Below, piece by piece: positions 19,291-30,142 of a DNA stretch of 64,000 nucleotides. Origin of the DNA: Thermoanaerobaculia bacterium. GTDB taxonomy: Bacteria; Acidobacteriota; Thermoanaerobaculia; UBA5066. Numbering within the stretch: position 1 is the stretch's first letter; the number at the start of each line of letters is the position of its first letter. The position numbers and the translations under genes are program-made. The DNA lies in assembly GCA_963816185.1 (NCBI GenBank), contig CAWFJJ010000001.1, forward strand, positions 64,001 to 128,000. Reading direction: 5' to 3'. The notes beneath the pieces are model-generated. The model saw only the letters and a list, made by a program, of their open reading frames with translations. It searched no databases and was not told the DNA's origin.

Positions 19291-20658
19291 GCGCCCAACG
19301 CCTCGAGCACGTGGACGACCTCTTCGTCCTCGGATTCCGCGACGCTCCGGAGGTCGAGGAGGACACGGCCGCCTTCGATCCGACCGATGACTGGCGGCTC
19401 TCCGGCGCGGAGCGCGGCGGCGAGACCGTCGGCCGAGTACGAGGGATGCGAAAGAGCCACGGCCTTCGAGGGCAACGTGGATTCGGCGCCCGAGCCGCCG
19501 CCAGCCGTCGCGACGGAGTCGACCGCCGCCGCCGTGAAGCCCGCCGCGCGCGCGGCCGCCGTCAGCGCATCGGCCCGCCGCGCGAGGTCTCGGAGCGGGG
19601 TCTCGAGCATCCGGTGAAAGGGAATCTCGAGGCGCCTCCCGGAAAGATGCAGGTCGAGCGTGGCGGCGAGCGCGCCGAGGGCGAGCTTGTCCGGGCGGAG
19701 GACACGGGCGAGCGGGTTCGCCGCGGCGCGTGCGACGAGATCCTTCTTTCCGATCAGGATTCCCGCCTGCGGGCCGCCGAGGACCTTGTCGCCCGAGAAG
19801 CAGACGAGGTCCGCGCCCGCGTCGAGGGCCTCGAGAGGAACGGGCTCTTCCGAGAGAGCCGGATCAGTGAAGCGCACGGGGGTCCCCGCGCCGGCGTCGT
19901 AGATCACGGGAACGCCGCGTGCTTGCGCGAGCGATCCGAGCGCGGAGAGGGAAACCTCTTCGGTGAAGCCCACGATTCGGTAGTTCGAGGGCCGGACCTT
20001 GAGAATGACGCCCGCGCCCGCCTCGAGCGCCTCTTCGTAATCCCGAAGCGTCGTCCTGTTCGTGGTGCCCACCTCGTGGAGCGAGGCGCCGCTCTTCGCG
20101 AGGATGGAGGGCACTCGGAAATCTCCGCCGATCGCGACGAGCTCGCCGCGCGACACCGCCACTTTCCGGCCGTTCGCGAGCGTGTCGAGGGCGAGGAGGA
20201 GCGCCGCAGCTGCGTTCGTGACCGCGAGGGCGTCGAGGTCCTCCCGATCCTTCGCGAAGAGCGCGAGGAGGAGCGGTCGCACATGCTCGCCGCGTCGCCC
20301 GCGAGTCCCGGCCGAAAGGTCGTATTCGAGCGTCGAGAAGCCCGCGGCGCGGCCCGCCGCGGCGACGGCCTGAGGCGCGAGCGGAGCGCGCCCGAGGTTC
20401 GTGTGCAGGAGGACGCCCGTCGCATTCACGACGCGCCGGGGCCCGACCGGAGCCCTCTCCTCGAGCGCCCGGGCGGCGGCGGCCAGAATCGTCTCGGTCG
20501 CGTCGCCGTCTCGGGGACCCTCGCGCGCGCCACCGGTCGGCCGCCTCGCGGAGGGCCTCCTTCGCGCGGGCCCGACCGTGCCGGTCCGCCAGCTCTTTCC
20601 CCGAAGCGCTCTCGAGGAGGCGGTCCATGGCGGGAGGCCGGGGAGGATCGGGATCCAT
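19287..20658 (-). CDS. selA: L-seryl-tRNA(Sec) selenium transferase SelA (apparent frameshift near 20525)
   Basis: VVNATGVLLHTNLGRAPL, SRGELVAIGG, EVGTTNRT, FSGDKVLGGPQAG (PLP Lys); the N-terminal part (MDPDPPRPPAMDRLL...ALREAADRWRAR) lies in another frame. Confidence 0.88.
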
Positions 20659-20687
20659 GCGAGCCGAATGTAGACTACTTTCCGCCG

Positions 20688-21275
20688 ATGGCCGTCTCGA
20701 TCGCACGCGACCTCGATCTCCTCGACAAGAGCGTCGCGTCGCTCAAGCTGGATTACGAGCGCTTCTTCTCGGGCGATTTGAAGGTGCCGCCGCTGCCCGC
20801 CCGCAAGAGCGTGGAACAGGTGCTCCGCCGAATCGGCAACGTCTCCCTCGACAAGGCGGAGGAGCGATTCCGGCTGCAGGCGCTCCAGAGCCGCTTCACG
20901 GCGCTGTCGGAGCTGTGGGAGAAGCGGCTCCTGGCCAAGGAGGAGGGCCGCGGCCCGGTCCGGCCGCCGATCCGCGCGCGCGCCGCCGAGAGGCCCTCTT
21001 CGGGGCGCGACGCGGGGGCGCCGGCCTCCGTAAAAAGCTCCGGGCGAGTGGACCTGAGGTCCCTCTTCGACCGGTACTGCTCCGCGCGCGCGGCTGCCGG
21101 CGAAGACACCTCGCGCCTCCGCTTCGATCGATTCGAGGAGCTCGTGAAGAAACAGGCCGCCGAGATCCGGAGAGCGACGGGCGCGACGCGGCTCGCCTTC
21201 GATGTGCAGACGCGGGACGGGAAAGTGCGCCTCGTCGGCCGCTCTCTTCAGCCCTCGACGAAAGGAACACCATGA
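20688..21275 (+). CDS. Conserved hypothetical protein resembling MXAN_5187 C-terminal domain proteins (195 aa)
   Basis: LKLDYERFFSG...PP, RFRLQALQSRF, LFDRY..AR, FDVQTRDGKVRL; family recalled from memory, not searched. Confidence 0.6.
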   Translation: MAVSIARDLDLLDKSVASLKLDYERFFSGDLKVPPLPARKSVEQVLRRIGNVSLDKAEERFRLQALQSRFTALSELWEKRLLAKEEGRGPVRPPIRARAAERPSSGRDAGAPASVKSSGRVDLRSLFDRYCSARAAAGEDTSRLRFDRFEELVKKQAAEIRRATGATRLAFDVQTRDGKVRLVGRSLQPSTKGTP

Positions 21276-22261
21276 AGGCCGATCGCCGCGGCCGCTTCGC
21301 CTGCGTGCTCGCCCTGTGCGCAGCTTTCGCCGGACCGCTCGCCGCCCGGGACGTCTACCGGGGCTTCCTCGATCCGGGCGAATCCCCAGCACCGGGCGAC
21401 GCTCGATCTCCTCGAACGTCTCGAGAAGACGCCGAACGACGCCTCGCTCCACAACGACCTCGCGTGTCTCATCGCGCGGGACGGCTTCTGGCGCGATGCT
21501 CTACGCGAATTCTCCGTCGCCGCGAAGCTCGACAAGAAGGACGGCCGCCCGCTCTACAACGCGGGCCTCGTCCACGCGATGCGCGGCGAATGGGGGAGCG
21601 CGGCCTCCTCCTTCCACAAGGCCGTGTCGCGCACTCCCGGAAACTGGGCGGGATGGTGGATGCTGGGCTTCGCCGAGGAGCAGCGCGGCAACGAATCCGC
21701 CGCGGTCGCGGCCTACAAGACGTCGCTTCGCGTGGACACGTCGCTGTTCGACGTGCGTAAGAACCCGTTCGCCGCGCGCACGCGGCTGAAGGGACGAGTC
21801 CTCCTCGAATCACTCGATGCCCGCCTGTACCGCCAGGCTCTCCCCGCGACCGAGCAGATGGCCGAGCCCGACCTCGTGACGTCGTTCCAGCACGGGCACG
21901 TCGGGGTCCTCGCCGTCCCCGGCGCACCCGTGCCGGCCGGCGCTCCCGCTCCGGGCGTCCCGGCGTCGGAAGCTCGCGTCCCGAGACCGGGGCCGGCGGG
22001 TCCGGTGGTCACGTCGGTTCCTCCCGTCAGCGCGAGCCGCCCGGCGCCCCGGCCGGGATCGAACGTCTCGGCGCCTGTCGCCGCTCCGCCGCCCGTGCCG
22101 ACCGTCACGCGCGCGGGCGAGCCGATTCCGTCCGACTTCCCCGAGCAGTCGCCGGCAGGGCCCGCGCCGACCAGGCCCGTGCAGCCGGGCCCGGGCACGG
22201 GAGACGCTCCGCTCCGGCTCCGACGCCGGCACCCCCTTTGCCCGGCCCGGGCATCCGTTAG
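21272..22261 (+). CDS. Exported TPR-repeat protein with Pro-rich C-terminus (two apparent frameshifts, ~21376 and ~22210)
   Basis: Signal peptide MKADRRGRFACVLALCAAFA; TPR-like PNDASLHNDLACL, PLYNAGLVHAMRG, AGWWMLGFAEEQRG continue in a shifted frame; Pro-rich frame ends at TAG 22261 just before the convergent gene. Confidence 0.6.
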
Positions 22262-22264
22262 GGA

Positions 22265-23605
22265 TCAGGCGCCCTTCCATTTCGGGACGAACAGCGTGGG
22301 CGAGCCGGCGCCGCCCGAGCCCGAGGGTACGAACTTGAGATCGTCTCCCACGGCCTCGACGGCGCGCAGAAGCTCCGACAGGCGGCCTTCCACGAGGGTC
22401 TCGGAAACGGTCCCGGCCGCTTGCCCCTTCTCCACCCAGTAACCCGCGGCGTGGAGGCGGAACCGATCCGCGGCGAAGTCCACGTCCGGGCGTGAGAGAA
22501 GAACGGCCGCATAGAAGCCGCGGGCGAGAGCCCGGAGAAGCTCGAGCGGCGCGACGCCCCGCGACGGATCCACGAAGAAATTCGTGATGCCGATCGCGGG
22601 TGGTTCGACGTAGGCACGCCGCATCGCGTTGCCGGTCGGGGGCTGCTCGAGGCAGATCGCCGCCGCACAGTCGGAGAGCCGTCCGGTGGCGACCCCGCGC
22701 GACACGAGAACCGTACGCGAATGAGGCGTTCCCTCGCCGTCGTACGACGCCTTCACCGGCCCGCCGGGCGCCGATGCGTCGTCGACGAGCGAGAGAGCGG
22801 GCGAGGCGAAGGCGTCGCGTCCGTCTCGTGTGCGCGACGCGAGGAGAGCGGCGCCCTCGTCGCCGAAGAAAGCGGGAGCGAGACGGCCGATGACCGGCGC
22901 CGCGACGTTCGGGTCCAGGAGCAGGTCGGCGCGCGAGGGCGCGAGCGGCCGGCCGCGGAGCGGAAGGAGGGCGCGGTCGACCGCCTGGTGCGCGAGGCGC
23001 GCGAGGAAGAGCTCTTCGGGCCGCGACGCCGACGCGAGAACACGTGCCGACACGCTGCCGGCCGCGGTCCGTCCGGTCACGGTGGCGACGAGCGTCGCGA
23101 TCCCGCTGCCGAAGGCGACGTCGCGTCCGGCCGTCGTCGCGACGCGCTCCGTTCGGGCGCCGACGGTGAGGATCGCCTCTGTCAGGGAGACGGCGCCCTC
23201 GCCTTCGGCGATGAGAGCGCTCCGGAAAGACGCGAGGAGCGCGCGCGCGGATGCCTCGTCCGGAGGGGACGGCGGAGGGAGCGCCGAGGGGCGATCGAGA
23301 GCGACGGGTCCCGCGGCGCGTGCCCCGCGGCGCGCCCGCGCCCGTCCGAGGACGAGTCTCGCCTCGAAGGGGAGACGGTCCACGCTCTCGGGCGGGGAAG
23401 CCGCAAACGCGGTGCGCCCCGAGCGGAAGAGGCGCAGCGCGAAGCCGCGCTCGGCGACGACCGACAGCCGCGTGCCCTCCGCGTCCTCGGCGAGCTCGAT
23501 CGACGTCCCGCGGCGTTCGTAAGCCTCGGCGGATTCGCCGGCCCCGGCGTCGCATCGCGCATCGTCGAGCAGGCGCTCGAGCAGGCCGTCGTGTCCCGGG
23601 TTCAC
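22265..23605 (-). CDS. PmbA/TldE-family protein
   Basis: LSLVDDA, YDGEGTP, TGNAMR, TNFFV, GSPTL; no HExxxH; GTG start overlaps the tldD stop. Confidence 0.8.
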   Translation of the reverse strand: MNPGHDGLLERLLDDARCDAGAGESAEAYERRGTSIELAEDAEGTRLSVVAERGFALRLFRSGRTAFAASPPESVDRLPFEARLVLGRARARRGARAAGPVALDRPSALPPPSPPDEASARALLASFRSALIAEGEGAVSLTEAILTVGARTERVATTAGRDVAFGSGIATLVATVTGRTAAGSVSARVLASASRPEELFLARLAHQAVDRALLPLRGRPLAPSRADLLLDPNVAAPVIGRLAPAFFGDEGAALLASRTRDGRDAFASPALSLVDDASAPGGPVKASYDGEGTPHSRTVLVSRGVATGRLSDCAAAICLEQPPTGNAMRRAYVEPPAIGITNFFVDPSRGVAPLELLRALARGFYAAVLLSRPDVDFAADRFRLHAAGYWVEKGQAAGTVSETLVEGRLSELLRAVEAVGDDLKFVPSGSGGAGSPTLFVPKWKGA

Positions 23606-24957
23606 GAGCGGCCTCGCATCGCGGTGAGGCCGCGAATGAGGATGGCGGGCGACGCACCGCCGACGGCCACGCCTTCGCCGCCCTTGACGCAGAGGCCGAG
23701 CCCGTTCGCGGGGTGAGAGACGTCGCCGCTCTCCGTGTGAAGCTGGCGCAGGGCGGCGAGCACGTCGGACGCGAGGGCGAACGGGCCGAGGGGCGCGCCC
23801 AGCCTTCCCCGGCGCACGAGGTCGGCGCTCTCGACGAAGAGCGTGAAGCGGCCGGATTCCAGGTCCGCGTGAGCTGCCGAGATTTCCCGGACGTAAAGCC
23901 CCGTCCCGCACGCCTCGAGGAGCTCGTCGCGGCTGGCGCGTCCCGGCGCGACGACCAGATTGGAAAGGCGCGGGCGTGGCGGGCGGCGGAAGTCGCCGCA
24001 ACGCGCGTGTCCGTTCGACGCGCGGCCTGCGGTCCGGCGGTCCGTCAGGAGGCCGTCCACGCACCCGTCGGTCAGGAGCGCGACGGGGCGCGCGGGCGTT
24101 CCCTCGTCGTCCGCGAGATACGAGCCGGGGAGATCGCCGCGGGTCGGATCCGCCGTGACGAAGACGCCGGCGGGCGCGACGGCGGCCCGCGCGACGCGCG
24201 TGAGGATCGAACCCCGCTCCGCGCCTTCCGCCTCCAGAGGATGGCCGACCGCCTCGTGCCAGAACACGGACGCGGCGCCGGGTGAAAAGACGACGTCCAC
24301 TCGTCCCTCCGCGGCCCGGTGCGTGGGAACCGGCCGCGCCGCCTCCGAAAGGGCCCGCGCGAGGGCGTCGAGCGCCGGGGCCCACGGGGCCGACGTCTGG
24401 AAGGCGAATGGGCGGGCCGCGCTCGCGCGCCGGAGAATGCCCGTTGCTTCGAGGCGCTGCACCGTTCCGCACGCCACGATCTCGCGCGCCGTCACGACCG
24501 CTCGCGAGACGAGAACGCGCGCGACCGTCAGCGAGAGCGAGAGACCGCGCGGGTCCGGAAGAGCCCGGTGGAGCGCGGCGCCGAGCTGGGCGGCGCGCTC
24601 CACCTCGTCCGGGGCGAAGACCTCGGCTTCGGCGGACGCCTGCGCGCCTCCCCGCGATTTCAGGAACGGGGATCCACCCGCGCGGCGCGAGGCTTCGCGC
24701 ACCGCCTCCCGAAGCGCCTCGGGCCCGTCCCCTTCGCGGGCGACGAGAAGCGACTCGCGGCCGCGCCTGAGGCGCACGGCCGTGCCGCGCTCGTCGGCGA
24801 ACGCCGGAGCGAGAAGACCCGCCTCCGTCGCGGTCCACGAAACGCGCCGCCGCCTTTCGCGAAAGGCCTCGCCGCTCTCGCCCCGGCGGAGCAATCCCGA
24901 GATGATCCGGACCGCGTCCTCGGCGTCCTGGCGGAAAGCCTCGACGACGTCGCTCAA
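23602..24957 (-). CDS. tldD: TldD-family metalloprotease (start approximate)
   Basis: HEAVGHPLEAE metal motif, DDEGTP, SNGHAR, PRLSNL, C-terminal LCVKGG. Confidence 0.8.
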   Translation of the reverse strand: MSDVVEAFRQDAEDAVRIISGLLRRGESGEAFRERRRRVSWTATEAGLLAPAFADERGTAVRLRRGRESLLVAREGDGPEALREAVREASRRAGGSPFLKSRGGAQASAEAEVFAPDEVERAAQLGAALHRALPDPRGLSLSLTVARVLVSRAVVTAREIVACGTVQRLEATGILRRASAARPFAFQTSAPWAPALDALARALSEAARPVPTHRAAEGRVDVVFSPGAASVFWHEAVGHPLEAEGAERGSILTRVARAAVAPAGVFVTADPTRGDLPGSYLADDEGTPARPVALLTDGCVDGLLTDRRTAGRASNGHARCGDFRRPPRPRLSNLVVAPGRASRDELLEACGTGLYVREISAAHADLESGRFTLFVESADLVRRGRLGAPLGPFALASDVLAALRQLHTESGDVSHPANGLGLCVKGGEGVAVGGASPAILIRGLTAMRGRS

Positions 24958-25029
24958 CGACCGGGATTGTAGGAGCGCGGGGAAATCTCGCGTGCAGCAC
25001 CTCTGTCGTGGGATATCCTCGCGAGTTTC

Positions 25030-25305
25030 ATGGCCCTCTCCGACGTTCGCCTGTCGGCTCAGGCGGCTTTCGTGGCCCGCCGAGTCCTCTCCGAGCGGCT
25101 GGTTGCCGCCCCGGCGGCCGACGTGCGCCACGCGCTCGAGGCGGCGCTCCTGGAGGACCGCGACCGGGAGCGGGCGCTCGACGAAGAGGTGAAGAGGCTC
25201 CTCGAGAAGAACGCGGCGACGATTCGCGGCGCGAACGTCGACTACGCGGAAATGTTCCGGAAGGCGAAGAGAATGCTCGCCGAGAAGAAGAAAATTCCCC
25301 TCTGA
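25030..25305 (+). CDS. DUF507-like small protein
   Basis: LDEEVKRLL...[15 protein letters not shown] pattern; 91 aa. Confidence 0.7.
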   Translation: MALSDVRLSAQAAFVARRVLSERLVAAPAADVRHALEAALLEDRDRERALDEEVKRLLEKNAATIRGANVDYAEMFRKAKRMLAEKKKIPL

Positions 25306-25327
25306 GCGGAAGAGAGCCGAGGGATTC

Positions 25328-26890
25328 ATGCCACGTTCGATCGAAAACAGACTCCTCGCCCTCGAGGCCCTTCGCGCGAGGGCGCGGGCCGGAGGCGGCG
25401 CGGCTCGCCGCGAAAAGCAGCACAAGGCGGGCAAGCTCACGGCGTTGGAGCGGGTCGAGCTCCTCGGCGATCCCGGGTCGTTCGAGGAGATCGACCCCTT
25501 CGTCGTGCACCGCTGCCGCGACTTCGGGATGGACGACTCCGCGAACGAGATTCCGGGCGACGGCGTGGTCGCGGGCGTCGTTCGTGTCGAGGACCGGCCG
25601 GTCTTCGTCTTCGCGCAGGACTTCACGGTTTTCGGCGGATCGCTGTCGGAGACGAACGCCGCGAAGATCTGCAAGGTGATGGACCTCGCGATGAAAGTGG
25701 GCGCGCCCGTCGTGGGCCTCAACGACTCGGGCGGCGCGCGCATCCAGGAAGGCGTCGTTTCGCTCGGGGGCTACGCCGACATCTTTCTGCGCAACACGCT
25801 CGCCTCCGGCGTGATCCCCCAGATCTCGGCGATCCTCGGCCCCTGCGCGGGCGGCGCCGTCTATTCGCCGGCGATCACGGACTTCGTCCTCATGGTACGG
25901 GGCACGAGCTCGATGTTCGTGACCGGGCCGGACGTCATCAAGACCGTCACGCACGAGGACGTCACGAAGGAGGCGCTCGGCGGCGCCGATACGCACGCGG
26001 CCGTCTCGGGCGTGGCGCACATCGTGGCCGACTCGGACGCGGATTGCCTCCAGAAGATCCGCACGCTCCTTTCGTTCCTGCCGTCGAACAACCGCGAGGA
26101 CCCCCCGCGCCGCGAAACCGCGGATCCGGCCGACCGCGAGGATCCCGAGCTGGACCATCTCGTCCCGTCCTCGCCGAACCAGCCTTACGACATGATCGGG
26201 CTCATCCGGCACGTCGTGGACGACGGCGAGCTCTTCGAGATCCACGCCGATTACGCGAAGAACATCGTCGTCGGCTTCGCGCGACTCGGCGGCAAGCCCG
26301 TCGGGATCGTGGCGAACCAGCCCGACCACCTCGCCGGCGTCCTCGACATCGATGCGTCCGTGAAAGGCGCGCGCTTCGTGCGCTTTTGCGACGCGTTCAA
26401 CGTCCCGCTCGTGACGTTCGAGGACGTGCCCGGCTTTCTCCCGGGCACCAAGCAGGAGTTCGGCGGGATCATCCGGCACGGCGCCAAGCTCCTTTACGCG
26501 TTCGCCGAGGCGACCGTCCCGAAGCTCACGGTCATCACGCGCAAGGCGTACGGCGGCGCGTACTGCGTCATGTCCTCCAAGCACATCCGGACGGACTTCA
26601 ACTTCGCCTTTCCGACGGCGGAGATCGCGGTCATGGGGGCGGAGGGCGCCGTCAACATCCTCTATGGGCGCGAGTTCGCGGCCGCGAGCGATCCCGCCGA
26701 AACGCGCCGCGTCAAGGTCGCGGAATATCAGGACGCTTTCGCGAACCCGTGGGTGGCGGCTCGGCGCGGCTACGTGGACGACGTGATCGCACCCCGCACG
26801 GCACGGCGCCGTCTCATCCGCGCGCTCGACCTCCTGGGAAACAAGCGCGACACGATGCCTCCGAAGAAGCACGGCAACATTCCGCTGTGA
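25328..26890 (+). CDS. pccB: Acyl-CoA (propionyl/methylmalonyl-CoA) carboxyltransferase subunit
   Basis: [48 protein letters not shown]. Confidence 0.92.
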   Translation: MPRSIENRLLALEALRARARAGGGAARREKQHKAGKLTALERVELLGDPGSFEEIDPFVVHRCRDFGMDDSANEIPGDGVVAGVVRVEDRPVFVFAQDFTVFGGSLSETNAAKICKVMDLAMKVGAPVVGLNDSGGARIQEGVVSLGGYADIFLRNTLASGVIPQISAILGPCAGGAVYSPAITDFVLMVRGTSSMFVTGPDVIKTVTHEDVTKEALGGADTHAAVSGVAHIVADSDADCLQKIRTLLSFLPSNNREDPPRRETADPADREDPELDHLVPSSPNQPYDMIGLIRHVVDDGELFEIHADYAKNIVVGFARLGGKPVGIVANQPDHLAGVLDIDASVKGARFVRFCDAFNVPLVTFEDVPGFLPGTKQEFGGIIRHGAKLLYAFAEATVPKLTVITRKAYGGAYCVMSSKHIRTDFNFAFPTAEIAVMGAEGAVNILYGREFAAASDPAETRRVKVAEYQDAFANPWVAARRGYVDDVIAPRTARRRLIRALDLLGNKRDTMPPKKHGNIPL

Positions 26891-28380
26891 CACGCCTCCT
26901 CATCGCGAACCGCGGCGAGATCGCCATCCGGATCATCCGGGCCTGCCGGGACCTCGGAATCTCGCCCGTCGCCGTCTACTCCGAGGCGGACCGCGCCGCG
27001 CTCCACGTGCGGCTCGCAGACTGGGCCGTTCCGATCGGGCCGGCGCCCGCGCGCGAGTCGTATCTCGTCGTTGAAAAGCTCCTCGACGCGGCGAAGAAGA
27101 CCGGCGCGACGATGCTCCACCCCGGCTACGGCTTCCTCGCGGAGAACGCGGCCTTCGCGCGGAGCGTCGTGGAGGCGGGCCTCACATGGGTCGGTCCCTC
27201 GCCCGACTCCATCGCCGCCATGGGGAGCAAGACCGAGTCGCGCCGGCGCGTCCTTCAGGCCGGAGTTCCCATCGTGCCCGGCATGACGACGCCGGCCGGA
27301 TCCGCCGAAGAGATCGCGGAATTCGGCCGGGCAAACGGCTTCCCGCTGCTCCTCAAGGCCGCCGCCGGCGGCGGCGGGAAGGGGATGCGCGTCGTGAGAG
27401 GCCCCGAGGAGGTCCCGGAAGCCTTCGCGCGCGCCCGGAGCGAGGCCCGCTCCTACTTCGCAGACGACGCCGTGTATGCGGAGCTCTTCGTCGAGCACCC
27501 GCGTCACGTCGAGGTTCAGGTCCTCGGCGACACGACCGGGCGCATTCTCGCCGTGGGCGAGCGCGAGTGCTCGCTCCAGAGACGGCACCAGAAGGTCCTC
27601 GAGGAGTGTCCTTCGGCGGCGGTCAGCCCGGAGCTCCGCGCGCGCATGGAGGCCGTCGCCGTCGCGGCGGCCAAGTCCGTCGATTACGTGTCGGCCGGGA
27701 CCGTGGAGTTCCTCCTCGCGAAGGACGGGCGTTTCTTCTTCCTCGAGATGAACACCCGGATCCAGGTCGAGCATCCCGTGACCGAGATGGTGTACGGCGT
27801 CGACCTCGTGGCGGAGATGATCCGGATCGCGCGCGGCGAGCCGATGTCGTTCAACGAGAAGCCGGCGCCGCGCGGCCACGCGATTCAGTGCCGCATTTAC
27901 GCCGAGGATCCCGCGCACGGCTTCGCGCCGTCGCCCGGCCGGATCCTGCGGCTCAGAAGGCCGCAGGGGCCCGGCATCCGCGTCGACTCCGGCGTCGAGG
28001 GCGGCGACGTCGTGCCGCTCGACTACGATCCGATGATCGCGAAGTTCGTCGCTTGGGGGGTGGATCGCGACGAGGCCCTCCGGCGCATGCGCCGCGCGCT
28101 CGCCGAGTCGAGGGTCGACGGCATCGAAACGTCGATTCCCTTTTTCCTGTCGCTCCTCGAGGATCCCGACGTCGTGGCGAACCGCATCTCCACGCAATTC
28201 CTCGACGGCTGGTCCTACGTCCCGAAGCGGCCGCCCGAGGATGTCGCCGCGGCGTCCATGGTCGCGGCCGCCCTCGAGTCGATGGACGGAGCGAAGAAGC
28301 GCCGGCCGGCCGCTGCAGGCTGCGGATCAGGACCGGGAGCGTGGAGAACCGCGCGGACGTCCTTCGGGCTGCGCGAATGA
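26887..28380 (+). CDS. accC: Biotin carboxylase subunit
   Basis: [55 protein letters not shown]; GTG start overlaps the pccB stop. Confidence 0.92.
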   Translation: MTRLLIANRGEIAIRIIRACRDLGISPVAVYSEADRAALHVRLADWAVPIGPAPARESYLVVEKLLDAAKKTGATMLHPGYGFLAENAAFARSVVEAGLTWVGPSPDSIAAMGSKTESRRRVLQAGVPIVPGMTTPAGSAEEIAEFGRANGFPLLLKAAAGGGGKGMRVVRGPEEVPEAFARARSEARSYFADDAVYAELFVEHPRHVEVQVLGDTTGRILAVGERECSLQRRHQKVLEECPSAAVSPELRARMEAVAVAAAKSVDYVSAGTVEFLLAKDGRFFFLEMNTRIQVEHPVTEMVYGVDLVAEMIRIARGEPMSFNEKPAPRGHAIQCRIYAEDPAHGFAPSPGRILRLRRPQGPGIRVDSGVEGGDVVPLDYDPMIAKFVAWGVDRDEALRRMRRALAESRVDGIETSIPFFLSLLEDPDVVANRISTQFLDGWSYVPKRPPEDVAAASMVAAALESMDGAKKRRPAAAGCGSGPGAWRTARTSFGLRE

Positions 28381-28904
28381 AGTTTCGCACCCGGTTCTCC
28401 GACGACAAAGCGGGCCGTGCGCTCGACGTGACGGCCGGCGCCCCTTCGTTCGAAGCGACGCTGGAGGGCGTGCCGCTGTCCGGAGAAGCCCTCGCGGTGC
28501 GCGACGGCGTTTGGTCGCTCGTCGGACCGGACGGCCGACAGATCGAGGTGAGCGTGGCCTTCCAGAAAGACGGCTCCGTTCGCGCTTATGCGGCAGGCTG
28601 CCTCTTCGGATTCGAGCTTCTCGACGAGCTGACGGCGCGGGCGCTGGCGGCGACAGGAGGCGGGTCGACGCGCCGGGTCGCCCACGCCTCGGCTGCGATG
28701 CCGGGACGGGTGCTGAGGGTCCTCGTGGTGCGGGGCGAGCAAGTCAAGCAAGGTCAACCACTTCTGGTTCTCGAGGCGATGAAGATGGAGAACGAGGTGA
28801 AATCGCCGCGCGACGGTGTTGTCGCCGCGGTGGAGGCCTCCGCAGGGCAGGCCGTCTCGGCAGGCGACGTTCTCGTAAGGTTCGAAATCGGGGGCGACGG
28901 TTAA
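28377..28904 (+). CDS. Biotin carboxyl carrier protein
   Basis: MPGRV, LEAMKMENE biotinylation motif; ATGA coupling. Confidence 0.9.
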   Translation: MKFRTRFSDDKAGRALDVTAGAPSFEATLEGVPLSGEALAVRDGVWSLVGPDGRQIEVSVAFQKDGSVRAYAAGCLFGFELLDELTARALAATGGGSTRRVAHASAAMPGRVLRVLVVRGEQVKQGQPLLVLEAMKMENEVKSPRDGVVAAVEASAGQAVSAGDVLVRFEIGGDG

Positions 28905-28918
28905 GTTAATCTTCGCCC

Positions 28919-30142
28919 ATGAACTCACGCGTCACGCTTCCTGTCATCGCCCTGCTCGTCGGCTTCATCGGGTGCGAGGTGTCATCTCCCGCAGCGGGAC
29001 AGCCCGCCGCTGCGAAGCCCGCCGCTTCCGCGTCCCCCGCCGCATCCGCGCCCGCCCGCCCCTCCCCGAACGACGCCCTCCTCGAATGGGTCGAGGCGTT
29101 TTTCGCATGGGGCGAAGGGAAGGTCACGCTCGAACCGATCTCGCAGGTCGTCTTCAGCGGAGGCGAGCGTCTCATCGTCGCCAAGAAGACCTTCACGGCC
29201 GACGCACGCATGAACGACCAGGTTTATCTCGTCGTGGAAGGCGGCGCGAAGACCGTCCTCGTCGGCGACGTCATCTACGACGAGGAGCGCGCGAAGAAGC
29301 CGGCTCCGGTCCGCACGGAGGCCGATCTCGACGGCCTGCGCCTCCGGCTCAAGCAATATCTCATCGGAGCGTTCTCGCTGGTTCTCGACCCGGCGAACGA
29401 CCGCAAGGGCTGGAAGGCCGTGATCGTGAAGACCGACACCGGATACGGGAGCTACCCGATGGCCGGCTGGGTGAAGGCGGATGACGGAACGCTCCTCGTC
29501 CTGGGCCGGTGGTGGGACCGCACGCGCTCCGTCGCCCAGCAGCGAAAGGAGTACATCAAGCTCGCCGGAACGCCCGCGACGGGGCCTGTCGACGCGCGCG
29601 TCACCGTCATCGAGTACTCCGATATGCAATGCGCCTTCTGCAAGAAGCGGACGCTCGACTTCGAGAATCTCGTCGCGAAGCTGGGTAAGGAGCTCAAGAT
29701 CCGGCGCTACATCAAGTCGTTCCCGCTCACGGGCGCACACCCGTGGGCGTTCCGGGCCTCCTCGGCGGGCCGCTGCTTCTTCGAAAGCCCGGGCGGAACA
29801 GACCTCTTCTTTCGCTGGAAGTCGAACGTCTACGCGAAGCAGGAAGAGCTTTCCGTGCCGCAGGTCGATGCCTTCGCGCTCGATTTCGCGGTCGCGAACG
29901 ACCTCGACGAGAAGGCGTTTCGCGCGTGCTACCTCCAGGCGAAGGCGACGGAAAAGATCCATGCCGACCTGGCCGAAGGCTGGGCCATGCGCGTGCGCTC
30001 GACGCCGACGTATTTCATCGACGGCGTGTACGTCTCCTGGTTCGCCGACAACACCATGGAGGAGTTCCTGAGGAAGACGTATCTCGGAGGCAGAGGTCTT
30101 CCTCTCCCGACGCCGATCGCCAAGACGCCGCCGGCGCACTAA
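28919..30142 (+). CDS. DsbA/DsbG-like thioredoxin-fold protein, possibly a lipoprotein
   Basis: IEYSDMQCAFCK (CxxC), FPL..HPWA, VRSTPT cis-Pro loop; lipobox-like FIGC. Confidence 0.8.
   Translation: MNSRVTLPVIALLVGFIGCEVSSPAAGQPAAAKPAASASPAASAPARPSPNDALLEWVEAFFAWGEGKVTLEPISQVVFSGGERLIVAKKTFTADARMNDQVYLVVEGGAKTVLVGDVIYDEERAKKPAPVRTEADLDGLRLRLKQYLIGAFSLVLDPANDRKGWKAVIVKTDTGYGSYPMAGWVKADDGTLLVLGRWWDRTRSVAQQRKEYIKLAGTPATGPVDARVTVIEYSDMQCAFCKKRTLDFENLVAKLGKELKIRRYIKSFPLTGAHPWAFRASSAGRCFFESPGGTDLFFRWKSNVYAKQEELSVPQVDAFALDFAVANDLDEKAFRACYLQAKATEKIHADLAEGWAMRVRSTPTYFIDGVYVSWFADNTMEEFLRKTYLGGRGLPLPTPIAKTPPAH

Noticed and set aside
22265-25305. TldD/PmbA with the adjacent small ORF as a RiPP (microcin-type) cluster
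   Set aside because: The small ORF looks like DUF507 and heads the carboxylase operon; no YcaO, radical SAM enzyme, precursor peptide or exporter nearby
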